Source: an uncultured Gemmatimonadales bacterium (GTDB taxonomy: Bacteria; Gemmatimonadota; Gemmatimonadetes; Gemmatimonadales; Gemmatimonadaceae). From it: a stretch of DNA of 64,000 nt. The position numbers and the translations under genes are program-made. Position 1 is the first letter of the stretch. Each line of letters starts with the position of its first letter. The stretch is from positions 1,056,001 through 1,120,000 of the forward strand of contig CAWKNZ010000002.1 of NCBI GenBank assembly GCA_963851265.1, in the 5' to 3' direction. Below the pieces are notes generated by a model that worked only from the letters and a program-made list of their open reading frames with translations, was not told the origin of the DNA and did no database searches. Positions 31,466-41,340 of the stretch are shown here, piece after piece.

Positions 31466-32713
31466 TTACGCGCCCCCATCCCGGAGCGGGAGCCAAGCGC
31501 GGATGTCCCGTGCCGTGCCGTTCGGGTATGGCACTGTCAGCAGCGTGCGCCCGTCGGCCGTCTCGCGCGACGGCACCCGAGATAACGCGATGGAATCGGT
31601 GTCGACCGCGAGGGGCTCATGACGGCGGGCCACCTGCCGGTCGAGCGCTCGGACGACGTCGGACGGACCGATCGCATCCATACAGCGCAGGCCATAATCG
31701 CACGTGTTGAGCTGCCAGCACGGCGAGCACGGCACCGGAGCGTACAGGTTTTCGTTGCAGGAATATCCCGTCTGGTCGGGGTGTTCGCGTCCGCCGTAGA
31801 CGATGACGCTCGGGCAGTCGACGGCGCGCGCCAGGTGCATCGGCATTCCCACCTGGCCCACGAAGGCCAGCGCGTTGGCAAGCAGCGCCGCGGTCTCGCG
31901 GAGCGTCGTGCGCCCGCGCAGGTCGATGGCGCCGTCGAGCGGCGGGTCGCTCGGCGAGCCGATCTGTAGGAACGTGAACTCCGCCCGCCGCGCGTCGACG
32001 ACCGCCTGATATCGCTCCGGGAACCACTGCTTCGTGCGCATCGGATGCCGAGCCGTCAGCCCTGCGCTCTGAATCACGACCTGGTTCGGCGCGAGGACGC
32101 CGCGGGCGCGCTCCGCGTCGGTGAGGTGCAGGTAGGTTCGGCGCGCGATCGGGCCGACGATCCCGACCAACTCGCACATGATGGTCAGGATGTGCCGCGG
32201 GGGCGGAACGTCACGATCCTCGGCCGGACGATTGGTCGTGTAGTGTGGAAGGAACAACGACCAGCCGAACAGCTGGACCCACCGGAAATAACGTTCATCC
32301 CAATCGACGACGAGCGCGGGATCGGTGTTCCCTCGCCACAGTTCCGGCCGCGTACTGAACACCCACGCTCGTTCGACGCCGCGGCGCCGTAACTCGTGCG
32401 TCACGCCCGTCATCAGCAACTCGTCGCCGATCCCGCCCCAAAACGCCAGCGTGAGATCCGGGTCGCCGTAGCGCAGCCGCACCATCAGCGCCTCCGGTCC
32501 CGCCGCGGCAGCCTTCAGGCCGCGCTGCGCCCGCGCGAGTGCGGCCGCGAGGCGAGCCCGCCGCGAACGGGTCGGGTGCGCCGCGGCGCTCTCGGGCGGC
32601 TGGCGCACGAGCCCCGGGTCGGTCGTAGCGATGTCCAGTCCTGCGGTTTCGAGCATGCAGAGCGGTCGGGGGGCGGAGCGAGCCGCCGTCGCGCGACGGC
32701 GCTGAGCGGACAC
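31466..32713 (-). CDS. Glycosyltransferase family 9 (heptosyltransferase-like), paralog B
   Basis: Same motifs as paralog A (GGIGDELL, KQWFPERY, DLRGRTTLRETAA, CSPC); start may be ATG 32656. Confidence 0.85.
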   Translation of the reverse strand: MSAQRRRATAARSAPRPLCMLETAGLDIATTDPGLVRQPPESAAAHPTRSRRARLAAALARAQRGLKAAAAGPEALMVRLRYGDPDLTLAFWGGIGDELLMTGVTHELRRRGVERAWVFSTRPELWRGNTDPALVVDWDERYFRWVQLFGWSLFLPHYTTNRPAEDRDVPPPRHILTIMCELVGIVGPIARRTYLHLTDAERARGVLAPNQVVIQSAGLTARHPMRTKQWFPERYQAVVDARRAEFTFLQIGSPSDPPLDGAIDLRGRTTLRETAALLANALAFVGQVGMPMHLARAVDCPSVIVYGGREHPDQTGYSCNENLYAPVPCSPCWQLNTCDYGLRCMDAIGPSDVVRALDRQVARRHEPLAVDTDSIALSRVPSRETADGRTLLTVPYPNGTARDIRAWLPLRDGGA

Positions 32714-32808
32714 TCACGCGTCTGGCCCCAAGCTATTCCGGCCGGAATGCTCCCGCGAACGGGACGCGGTGCCACGCGTCGGTCCATTCGTGGCTACGTT
32801 CCGGGGCG

Positions 32809-33906
32809 ATGGAACCGTCGCCACCGCCGTACGCGAGCCCGGGAGCCGGATCGGGCGAGACGCCGTCGAGAGCCGCGTCCGTCACGCGGCCGCTCGTGAC
32901 CGTGCTGATCACGGCCCATAACCGGCCCGACGAGCTGGGCGAGACGTTGCGCGCGATTCGCGCGCAGAGCTACCCCGCAGTCGAGCTGTTGGTCATCGAC
33001 GACTGTTCGACGGAGAGCCTGGCCCCCGTCGTCCGGTCCGAGGCGCCCGAGGCGGTACTGTGGCGGAACCCCGCGAACCTCGGCCTCGTTGCCAGCCGTT
33101 CCCTCGGCATGACGCGCGCGCGCGGGGAATACATCGTGACGCTCGACGACGATTCGCACCTCGTCGCGCCGGACGCGCTGGAGCAGGCAGTCAGGCGCAT
33201 GGAGCGCGAGCCCCGCGTGGGCGTCGTCACGTTCCTGCTGCACGAAGGGTTGAACGCGCCCGCGGACTGCCCGGCCGGTGACGAGCATTACGCGCACACG
33301 TTCCTGGGCGGCGCGAACATGATGCGCCGGCAAGCCGCCCGCGACGTCGGCGGGTTTCGCGACTTCTTCGAGTACTACTCGGAAGAGTCCGAGTATGCGC
33401 TGCGCTTGATCGACCGCGGGTGGCGGATCCTGCACTTCCCGCGCGTCGTCGTCCATCATCGGGTGTCCCCGATCGGGCGCTCCGCCGCGCGAATTGCCGC
33501 ATACAGCGCGCGGAACTCGATCTGGACCGTGCTGCTGAACATGCCGGCCCACGTGGCGCTCGTCGAGGCGCCGTGGAAGTTCATGGTCGGGTTCGCAGAG
33601 ATCGCGCGGCGCGGGCAGCCGCGATGGGCCGCGTGGGCACTCGCGTCGACCGTGCGCGGCCTTCCGCGCGTGCTGCGGGCTCGGACGCCGATCTCGCCCG
33701 CCGCCGTCCGCACGCTCCGGACTCTCCGCTTTCGCGACGTACGCACGGCCGAGTTGCTCGACGACGCACGTCCGCCGAGTGCGCGTGAGCGTTGGCGGTG
33801 GTTCACCACCGTCTGGCTGCGACGGCGCCGCCCGCGTGCGTTCTGGGACCGTCGCGAGGGGCACCTCGGCGCGTCCGCGTGGATGACCAGGCCGTCTCGC
33901 GACTGA
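32809..33906 (+). CDS. Glycosyltransferase family 2
   Basis: VTVLITAHNR, VIDDCS, TLDDD and EESEYALR motifs. Confidence 0.92.
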   Translation: MEPSPPPYASPGAGSGETPSRAASVTRPLVTVLITAHNRPDELGETLRAIRAQSYPAVELLVIDDCSTESLAPVVRSEAPEAVLWRNPANLGLVASRSLGMTRARGEYIVTLDDDSHLVAPDALEQAVRRMEREPRVGVVTFLLHEGLNAPADCPAGDEHYAHTFLGGANMMRRQAARDVGGFRDFFEYYSEESEYALRLIDRGWRILHFPRVVVHHRVSPIGRSAARIAAYSARNSIWTVLLNMPAHVALVEAPWKFMVGFAEIARRGQPRWAAWALASTVRGLPRVLRARTPISPAAVRTLRTLRFRDVRTAELLDDARPPSARERWRWFTTVWLRRRRPRAFWDRREGHLGASAWMTRPSRD

Positions 33907-33936
33907 GCTGGTCGGCGTTCCGATAGATTCGAAGCC

Positions 33937-35374
33937 GTGGCCACCGTCGAGCGTCCTCCGATCCGTCGGCTCGGTAGCTCGCCTGCGTTCGGGGTGCAGC
34001 TAGGGCTCGCCGCGCTCGTCGGCGGCACGCTGGTCGCCGCCGGTGGCGCGCACCTCGGGATCGAGATCGCGGTGTGTCTGCTGCTCGGCGTCGTGACCGC
34101 GGCGCCGGTCGTGCTCCGTGTGTGGGCCGGCGAGTTCGACCTGTTCGAGCCCGCCGTGATCGTCGCGACCGTGTACTTCGTGTACTTCGTGTTCGCGCCG
34201 CTCGCCCGGTTCGCCACCGACGACCTCACGTTCATCGGGCGAAACTTCGAGCCCGACTACCTGCGCGCGCTCGTCGCCGCGCTCGTCGCGGCGCTCGCGC
34301 TCTGGCTCGGCTACGCCGTGCCGGTCGGGCCGGAGCCGGCCCCGGCAGACGCCCGTCCGCCCGTCACGTCCGCCGCGGCGCTCCGCCGAGGGCGCCAGCT
34401 CGGCTGGATGCTCCTCGTCGCCGCCGTATTCTGCCTCGTGGTCTGGGCGCGGCTCGCGGGTCGTTCGCTGCTGACGTTCTTCCTGCCGGGCGTCTTCCAT
34501 GCGGCGGACGAAGGCGGCGGGACGGACATCGCGTACCTGTTCCTCGCGATCGAATGGTTCATCCCGGCGCTCGTGTTGATCATGGCCGGCGGCGGCCTGC
34601 AACGGACCAGTCGTCGCGTCGCGGCGGTCCTGGTCGTCACCGTCGTCTACGTCTCGATCGGCTTCCGCTACCGTATCGCCCTGCTGTGGCTCGCCACGGC
34701 GATGCTGACGTACATCCAGCGCGGCCAGCGGCCTCGAGTACTCCGGCTCGTCGTGCCCGGGGCGGTCGCGTTCGTCGCCTCCGGATGGCTGACGGGTGCG
34801 CGCCTGTACTTCCGGACGGCGGGGGCGCTCGGGACGCTTCGGTTCGACTTACGCGGTGCCGTGCTCGGCGGGCTCTCGGACACGCGAATTTTCGAGACGT
34901 TCGCGGCGGTGCTCAGCACCATCCCGCGGTACATCTCGTACAGCGGACCGACGCCGTTCACCTACGTGCTCCTGCTCCCGATCCCCCGATTCATCTGGTC
35001 GGAGAAGCCGTTACCGACCTCGCTGGCTGACGTCGCCGCGAGTGTCGGCACGGCCGAAGCGCCGGGCGGCGGCCTGTTCGTGCCACACTTCGGCGAGTAC
35101 TACCTCGCGTTTGGCTGGCCCGGCATCGCGGTCGGCGCCTTCCTGTTCGGGATGGGCGCGAAGTGGCTCTGGCGGTGGTACCGCGCTGCACCGCAGGACC
35201 CGTGGCGGCAGACCCTGTTCGTGCTCAACAACGCGCTTGTTGTTCCAGGCGATCATCCGCGGGTACACACCGCAGATCGTGATGGAATGGTGCTTTCTCG
35301 TCCTACCGGCGATCGTGATGACGCGCTCCGCGCGACGCAGATCGGCGACCCCCGCGCCGTTCGTGCATGCGTAA
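33937..35374 (+). CDS. O-antigen/EPS polymerase Wzy-like membrane protein (1-nt frameshift at about 35236)
   Basis: About 11 TM helices, PIPRFIWSEKP and FGEYYLAFG motifs. The hydrophobic C-terminus LLFQAIIRGYTPQIVMEWCFLVLPAIV is in the +1 frame and ends at TAA 35374, overlapping the next ATG. Confidence 0.78.
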
Positions 35375-36524
35375 GGTGCTCGTCGTCAGCAACATCCCGA
35401 CGCCGAACAACGACGCCCTGTTCGCGCGCGTGACGTGTCAGCCCGGGGTCGAGTTGCGCGTCGTGTACGCTGCGCTCGTCGAGCCCAATCGGAAGTGGCA
35501 CCTCGCGGCCGACAAGGCCTACGCGTATGACGTGCTCCCGGGGTGGACCGTAGCGGGAACGGCTCACGTCAACCCTGGCGTGCTGCGCGCGGTTCGGGCG
35601 TTTCGGCCGGACGTGGCCGTGCTCACCGGATGGTACGGCATGCCCACGGTGCAGCTGGCCGCCGCGGCCCTGCGGACGCGTCGTACGCCCTGGGTCTACT
35701 GGGGTGAGGAGCTCGCCCACGACACCGCGTCTGCGACCGTGCGGTTCGGGCGCGCGGGCCTTCGCCGGATCCTGTCGCGCGCGCGCGGTGTGCTCGCGGT
35801 CGGATCGCGGGCGTGCGCGTCGTACGTACGTGCGGGGGTCGCCAGCGAACGTGTCGCGGACTTCCGGTATTACGCCGACACGGACCGGTTCGCGCTTCCC
35901 GATCACGCGCGGCACGAGGCGCGCGCCGCGGTCCGGACGGCGCTCGGCATCGCGCCAGACGACTTTGCGGTGCTGTACTGCGGACAGCTCATCCCGCGGA
36001 AGGGGGTCGACACGCTGCTGCGTGCCGTGGCGCGTCTCTCCGATGGGCCGGCTCCGACGTCGGTCCTGCTGGCGGGCGAAGGCCCGGAGCGGCCGACCTT
36101 GGAGGCACTGTCGATCGAGCTCGGGATTCGCGACCGCGTGCACTTCGTCGGCTTCCGCCAACCGTACGCGCTGCCAGAGGTGTTCGCCGCCGGTGACGTG
36201 CTCGTGCTGCCATCGCACGCCGAAGGCTGGGGGCTCGTCGTTTCGGAGGCGCTGGCTGCCGGACTGCCCGTATTCGCATCCGATCGCGTGAACGCCGCGG
36301 TCGACCTCGTGCGCGACGGCGAGAACGGAGGCCTGTTCCCCGCCGGCGACCACGTGCGACTGGCGGAGTTGCTCGACGTCGTCGCACAGGATCCGGTCCG
36401 GCGTCGGGCGATGGCGGACGCGACGCGCCCCGCGGTCCGGTGCGAGACGCCCGCGTTCGCGGCACGGCGCCTCATCTCGTTGCTCGAAGCTGCAGCCGCG
36501 TGCGAGCCCTTGCGCGGCCTGTGA
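35367..36524 (+). CDS. Glycosyltransferase family 4
   Basis: GQLIPRKGVD and VLPSHAEGWGLVVSEALAAGLPV motifs. Confidence 0.92.
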   Translation: MRKVLVVSNIPTPNNDALFARVTCQPGVELRVVYAALVEPNRKWHLAADKAYAYDVLPGWTVAGTAHVNPGVLRAVRAFRPDVAVLTGWYGMPTVQLAAAALRTRRTPWVYWGEELAHDTASATVRFGRAGLRRILSRARGVLAVGSRACASYVRAGVASERVADFRYYADTDRFALPDHARHEARAAVRTALGIAPDDFAVLYCGQLIPRKGVDTLLRAVARLSDGPAPTSVLLAGEGPERPTLEALSIELGIRDRVHFVGFRQPYALPEVFAAGDVLVLPSHAEGWGLVVSEALAAGLPVFASDRVNAAVDLVRDGENGGLFPAGDHVRLAELLDVVAQDPVRRRAMADATRPAVRCETPAFAARRLISLLEAAAACEPLRGL

Positions 36525-36686
36525 CACGACGCGCGCCGGCACGCGGGTGACGCGTTCTTGCGCGCGCTGTCATGCGCCTTTTGGGCGCACTATCTTGCGA
36601 CGTTCGGACGCGGGCGGTCCGGCTCGCCTTCGCGCGCCGCGGCGTGGAATCGCCGCCGCCCGCTGCCCGCCCGCACAGGACGTTTG

Positions 36687-38054
36687 GTGGCCCACGTTCG
36701 AGACGCCGTCGACATGCACGCGCAGAAGACGGAGCGCTCGGACGCGGCGCTCGCGCCGGGCACCCGCCTGTGCTTTGTCGCTGACGGCCGAAGCCCTATC
36801 GCACGCAACTGGATCGCCGACTACGGCGCGCGTGGCTTCGAGGTTCACCTGATCTCGACCTATCCTTGCGACGGTGCCGGGCTCGGCCTGGCGAGCGTCA
36901 CCGTCATCCCGGCCGCGTTCGGTCGCCTCGCCGGGTCCGGAGCGAGCGTCTCGACCGCCTCGGGGCCTGGCACCGCGCCGCACGGCGCGCCGACCGTGTG
37001 GCGTGCAGTCCGTCGCGTCCGGGCGGCCGCGACGAGCGCGCTCCTCCCCGCCGTCCTCGGCTGGCTCGCGCCGTTCGACCTCGCTCCGCACGCGCGCAGG
37101 CTGCGCGACGTCATCCACCGCATCGATCCGGCGCTCGTCCACGCGATGCGTGTGCCGTACGAGGGCGTTCTCGCCGCGCTCGCGCTCGAACATTCCGACC
37201 GGCCGCTGGTGGTGTCGATCTGGGGGAACGATCTCGAGCTGTGGGCGGCGCGCTACCCGCTCGTCGCGCGTCTCACGCGCCGCGCGCTGCGGCGCGCCAC
37301 GGCGCTACACCCGGACTGCGTGCGCGACCTGCGACTTGCCGCGGCGTGGGGGTGGGACCCTGCCCGACCCGCGTCGGTCATCCCCGGCAATGGCGGCATC
37401 CGTGAGGACGTCTTCCACACCGGACCGGCCGACGCCGCGCTTCTCGCGCGCTACGACCTGCCGAGCGCGGTGCCGCTCGTGCTCAACGCGCGCGGGTTTC
37501 GCGGATACGTCCGAAACGACACGTTCTTCCGCGCGATTCCGCTCGTGCTCGAGCGCCGCCCCGACACACTGTTCGCCGGTGTCGGCATGCGCGGTCATCC
37601 CGCCGCGCTTCGCTGGACGCGCAGCCTCGGGATCGAGCGCGCGGTGCGCCTGCTCCCGCCGGTCCCGCCCGCGGACATGGCGGCGCTCTTCCGGTCGGCG
37701 ACTGCCGCGGTGTCGCCGGCCACGTTCGACGGGACGCCCAACACGCTGCTCGAGGCGATGGCGTGCGGCGCGTTGCCGGTGGCGGGCGACATCGCGTCCG
37801 TGCGCGAGTGGATCGACGACGGGCGCAACGGACTGCTGTTCGATCCGGCGAGCCCGCGCGCGCTCGCCGACGCGCTCGTGCGCGCGCTCACCGATGCGCC
37901 GCTGCGCGCGGCCGCCGCGGCGACCAACGCAGCCCTCGTGGCCGAGCGGGCCGATTTCCGAGCCGGGATGCGTCGCGCCGACGCGCTGTACGCGGCGGCG
38001 CTCGGGGACGCGGGTCGATCGCCCGTCGCCGCCCGCGCGCCCGCGGCGGCCTGA
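36687..38054 (+). CDS. Glycosyltransferase family 4
   Basis: DGTPNTLLEAMACG and WIDDGRNGLL motifs; start 36687 (SD AGGA) or 36714. Confidence 0.88.
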   Translation: MAHVRDAVDMHAQKTERSDAALAPGTRLCFVADGRSPIARNWIADYGARGFEVHLISTYPCDGAGLGLASVTVIPAAFGRLAGSGASVSTASGPGTAPHGAPTVWRAVRRVRAAATSALLPAVLGWLAPFDLAPHARRLRDVIHRIDPALVHAMRVPYEGVLAALALEHSDRPLVVSIWGNDLELWAARYPLVARLTRRALRRATALHPDCVRDLRLAAAWGWDPARPASVIPGNGGIREDVFHTGPADAALLARYDLPSAVPLVLNARGFRGYVRNDTFFRAIPLVLERRPDTLFAGVGMRGHPAALRWTRSLGIERAVRLLPPVPPADMAALFRSATAAVSPATFDGTPNTLLEAMACGALPVAGDIASVREWIDDGRNGLLFDPASPRALADALVRALTDAPLRAAAAATNAALVAERADFRAGMRRADALYAAALGDAGRSPVAARAPAAA

Positions 38055-38065
38055 CGGAGCGCGCG

Positions 38066-40087
38066 ATGTGTGGCCTCGCCGGGTTTGCCGGCTCGTTCGA
38101 CTCGACGCTGCTCGCGGCGATGAACGCGTGCGTCGCCCACCGCGGTCCGGACGGCGGCGGCGATTTGGTGCTGCGTGCCGGTGCCGGACGTGGACGGGTC
38201 GGGCTCGCGCACCGGCGGCTGTCGATCATCGACCTCTCGGCGGCCGGCGCGCAGCCGATGGGGGTCGCGTGCGCGCGCTGTGGCGTGCGCCACGACGCGC
38301 CTGCCGACGACGCGCTCTGGCTCGCGTACAACGGCGAGATCTACAACTTCCCGGCGCTCCGCTCCGAGTTGGAAGCGGCCGGACACCAATTCCGCAGCCG
38401 GACGGATTCGGAGGTGCTCCTGCACCTGTACGCCGAGTGCGGACCGGCCATGCTCGAACGGCTGAACGGCATCTTCGCGTTCGCGCTCTACGACGGACGG
38501 CCGACGGGGCGCCCCGACGGCGTCGCGCGTGGAGATGTGGTGCTCGCGCGTGACGGGCTCGGGACGAAGCCGCTCTACTACGCGAGCATTGCGGACGGCG
38601 TGTTGTTCGGCTCCGAATTGAAGTCGCTGCTGCAGAGCCCGGCCGTCTCCCGCGACGTGGACGCCGCGGCGATCCACTTCCACCTCGCGTACCTCTGGTC
38701 GCCCGCGCCGCATACGGTCTTGCGCGACGTCCGCAAGCTGCGACCGGGGCACGCGCTCGCGCTGCGGGACGGCGCGGTCGTACGCGAGTGGTGCCACTAC
38801 GACCTGCCGTATGGCCGCACGCCGCTCGGCGGCTCGCGAGACGAGATCGCCGCCGAACTTGCGGCGCAGATCGAGGCGGCGGTGAACCGGCAGATGGTGG
38901 CCGACGTGCCGGTCGGGGCGTTCCTGTCGGGCGGGCTCGACTCGAGCGCCGTGGTCGCCATGATGCGCCGCGCGCGCCCGGACTACCGGCCGCGCTGCTA
39001 CACCATCGGTTTCGCCGACGACCGCGACGTCGAGGGCAACCCCGCGGACCTGCCCTACGCCCGGCGCGTCGCGGCGCACCTCGACGTCGACCTCCGGGTG
39101 CTCGAGATCGCCCCCGACGCGATCGGCCACCTCGGCCGCATGCTCTACCACCTCGATGAGCCGCAGGCCGATCCCGCGCCGATCAACGCGTTGCTGATCG
39201 CCGAGGCGGCGCGCGAGGACGGGACGAAGGTCCTGCTGTCGGGCGCCGGCGGCGACGATCTGCTGAGCGGGTACCGGCGGCACCGCGCGTTGGGCGCCGA
39301 ACGCGCGTGGCGCTGGCTGCCGCGTCCTGTCCGCCGCGGGATGGCCGCCGGCGCGCGCGCGGCGAGTGAAGGGCGGGGCGCCGTCGCGGTGATGGACCGT
39401 CCGCTGGCCCGCCGCGTGGCGAAGATGTTCGCGCACGCCGACCTCGCGCCCGACGCCCGGCTCGCGAGCTACTTCTGGTGGAGCGGGGAAGCCGTGCGGC
39501 GCTCGCTCTACACGCCCGCGTTCGCCGAGGCGACGCGCGCGCTCGACACGGCCGGACCTCTTCTCGATTCGCTGGCCCGCATCCCCGCCGAACGCGACCC
39601 CCTCAACCGGATGCTGTACCTGGAAGGCAAGCACTTCCTGGCCGACCACAACCTGAACTACACGGACAAGACGGGCATGGCGGCGGGCGTCGAGGTGCGG
39701 GTCCCGCTCCTCGACCGCGAGCTGGTCGACTTCGCGACGCGGATCCCGACGCGCATGAAGCAGCGGGGCGCCGTGGGTAAGGCGATCTTCAAGCGAGCGA
39801 TGGAGCCGTATCTACCGCACGACGTGATCTACCGGCCCAAGAGCGGATTCGGCGCGCCCCTCCGCCGCTGGATCCACGGCGAGCTGCGCGATCAGGTGCA
39901 GGATGCGCTGAGTCCGGCCGCGCTCGTTCGCCGCGGGTGGTTCGAACCTGCGGCCGTCGCGCGTCTCATCGAAGCGGACCGCCGCGGCGCGGTCGACGGC
40001 GCATACACCATCTTCGCGCTCGTGTGTCTCGAACTGTGGTGCCGCATGTTCATCGACGTGCCGGCGCCGTCGCGCGCGCGCGCGTGA
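38066..40087 (+). CDS. asnB: Asparagine synthase-like glutamine amidotransferase (polysaccharide amidation)
   Basis: N-terminal MCG, HRGPD, HRRLSIIDLS, NGEIYN, FLSGGLDSS and EVRVPLLD motifs. Confidence 0.95.
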   Translation: MCGLAGFAGSFDSTLLAAMNACVAHRGPDGGGDLVLRAGAGRGRVGLAHRRLSIIDLSAAGAQPMGVACARCGVRHDAPADDALWLAYNGEIYNFPALRSELEAAGHQFRSRTDSEVLLHLYAECGPAMLERLNGIFAFALYDGRPTGRPDGVARGDVVLARDGLGTKPLYYASIADGVLFGSELKSLLQSPAVSRDVDAAAIHFHLAYLWSPAPHTVLRDVRKLRPGHALALRDGAVVREWCHYDLPYGRTPLGGSRDEIAAELAAQIEAAVNRQMVADVPVGAFLSGGLDSSAVVAMMRRARPDYRPRCYTIGFADDRDVEGNPADLPYARRVAAHLDVDLRVLEIAPDAIGHLGRMLYHLDEPQADPAPINALLIAEAAREDGTKVLLSGAGGDDLLSGYRRHRALGAERAWRWLPRPVRRGMAAGARAASEGRGAVAVMDRPLARRVAKMFAHADLAPDARLASYFWWSGEAVRRSLYTPAFAEATRALDTAGPLLDSLARIPAERDPLNRMLYLEGKHFLADHNLNYTDKTGMAAGVEVRVPLLDRELVDFATRIPTRMKQRGAVGKAIFKRAMEPYLPHDVIYRPKSGFGAPLRRWIHGELRDQVQDALSPAALVRRGWFEPAAVARLIEADRRGAVDGAYTIFALVCLELWCRMFIDVPAPSRARA

Positions 40088-41340
40088 CCGCCGGCGTGAC
40101 ACGCGGCACGCCGGCGACCGATCGCGGTCCGACGCTGCTCTGGGTGAACCAGTTCGCGGTCACCCCGGCGCAGCAGGGCGGGACGCGGCACTTCGAGTTG
40201 GGCCGCGAACTCGTCCGCCGCGGCTGGGGGGTGACCGTCGCCGCGTGCGACCTCAACCTGCACTCCCGCGAGTACGCGCGGCGAGCCGACGCGCGTGCCA
40301 CGGGCGCCGTCGACGACGTGGTAGACGGCGTGCACTTTCGGTGGCTCTGGGCCGCGCCGTACGCGCGCAACGACTGGCGCCGCGCGCACAACTGGCTGTC
40401 GTTCAGCCGTCGCGTGTGGCGCTGGCGCGGCGCGCGCCCGAACGTCGTGATCGGGTCGTCGCCGCAGCTTTTCGCGGCGCTCGCGTCGGAGCGCCTCGCG
40501 CGGCGCTGGCGGGTGCCGTTCGTCTTCGAGGTGCGCGACCTGTGGCCCGAGAGCCTGCTCGCCGCGGGCGGGCGTCGCGGCCTTTCCTACCGCGTGCTCG
40601 AGCGCATCGCGCGCCACCTCTACGCGCGCGCGGAGCGCATAGTCGTGCTCGCGCGCGGTTCGGCCGACTACCTCGTATCGTTAGGCGTCGATCCGGCGAA
40701 GATCGTCTTCGTGCCCAACGGGGTGGACGTGTCGGCGTTCGCGGCGGTCGACCGGCCGCCGCGCGAGACGCTCACGTTGGTGTACACCGGCGCGCACGGG
40801 CCGGCCAACGGGCTCGACGCGGTGCTCGACGCCGCGGAACTGCTCCGGGACCGGCGCGACGTGCGCTTCCTCCTCGTGGGCGACGGCCCGCTGAAGGGCG
40901 CGCTCGTCGCCGACGCGGCGCGGCGGGCGCTCGGCAATGTCGAGTTCCGCGACCCGGTGCCCAAGTCGGCGATGCCGGCGCTGCTCGCGAGCGTCGACGC
41001 GGGGCTCATGGTACTCCGCGATTCGCCGCTGTTCACGTTCGGCGTCAGCCCCAACAAGCTGTTCGACTACCTCGGCGCGGGACTGCCGGTGGTCTGCAAC
41101 GTCCCCGGCGAGGTCGCGGCGATCGTGCGCGACGCGGGCGCGGGCGAGCAGACCGCGGACGCGAGCGGGGCCGCGCTCGCCGCCGCGGTCGCGCGGCTCG
41201 CCGCCCGGGCGCCCGCGGAACGCGCGGCGCTCGGCGCGGCCGGGCGGGCGTGGGTCGCCCACGAGCACGACCGCCCCGTGCTCGCCGATCGTCTGGACGC
41301 TGTGCTCCGCCCCCTCGCGCGTTCCCGTGCTGCCCGTTAG
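40084..41340 (+). CDS. Glycosyltransferase family 4 (WbuB-like)
   Basis: GGTRHFEL, FEVRDLWPESL, YTGAHGPANGL and SPNKLFDYL motifs. Confidence 0.9.
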   Translation: MTAGVTRGTPATDRGPTLLWVNQFAVTPAQQGGTRHFELGRELVRRGWGVTVAACDLNLHSREYARRADARATGAVDDVVDGVHFRWLWAAPYARNDWRRAHNWLSFSRRVWRWRGARPNVVIGSSPQLFAALASERLARRWRVPFVFEVRDLWPESLLAAGGRRGLSYRVLERIARHLYARAERIVVLARGSADYLVSLGVDPAKIVFVPNGVDVSAFAAVDRPPRETLTLVYTGAHGPANGLDAVLDAAELLRDRRDVRFLLVGDGPLKGALVADAARRALGNVEFRDPVPKSAMPALLASVDAGLMVLRDSPLFTFGVSPNKLFDYLGAGLPVVCNVPGEVAAIVRDAGAGEQTADASGAALAAAVARLAARAPAERAALGAAGRAWVAHEHDRPVLADRLDAVLRPLARSRAAR

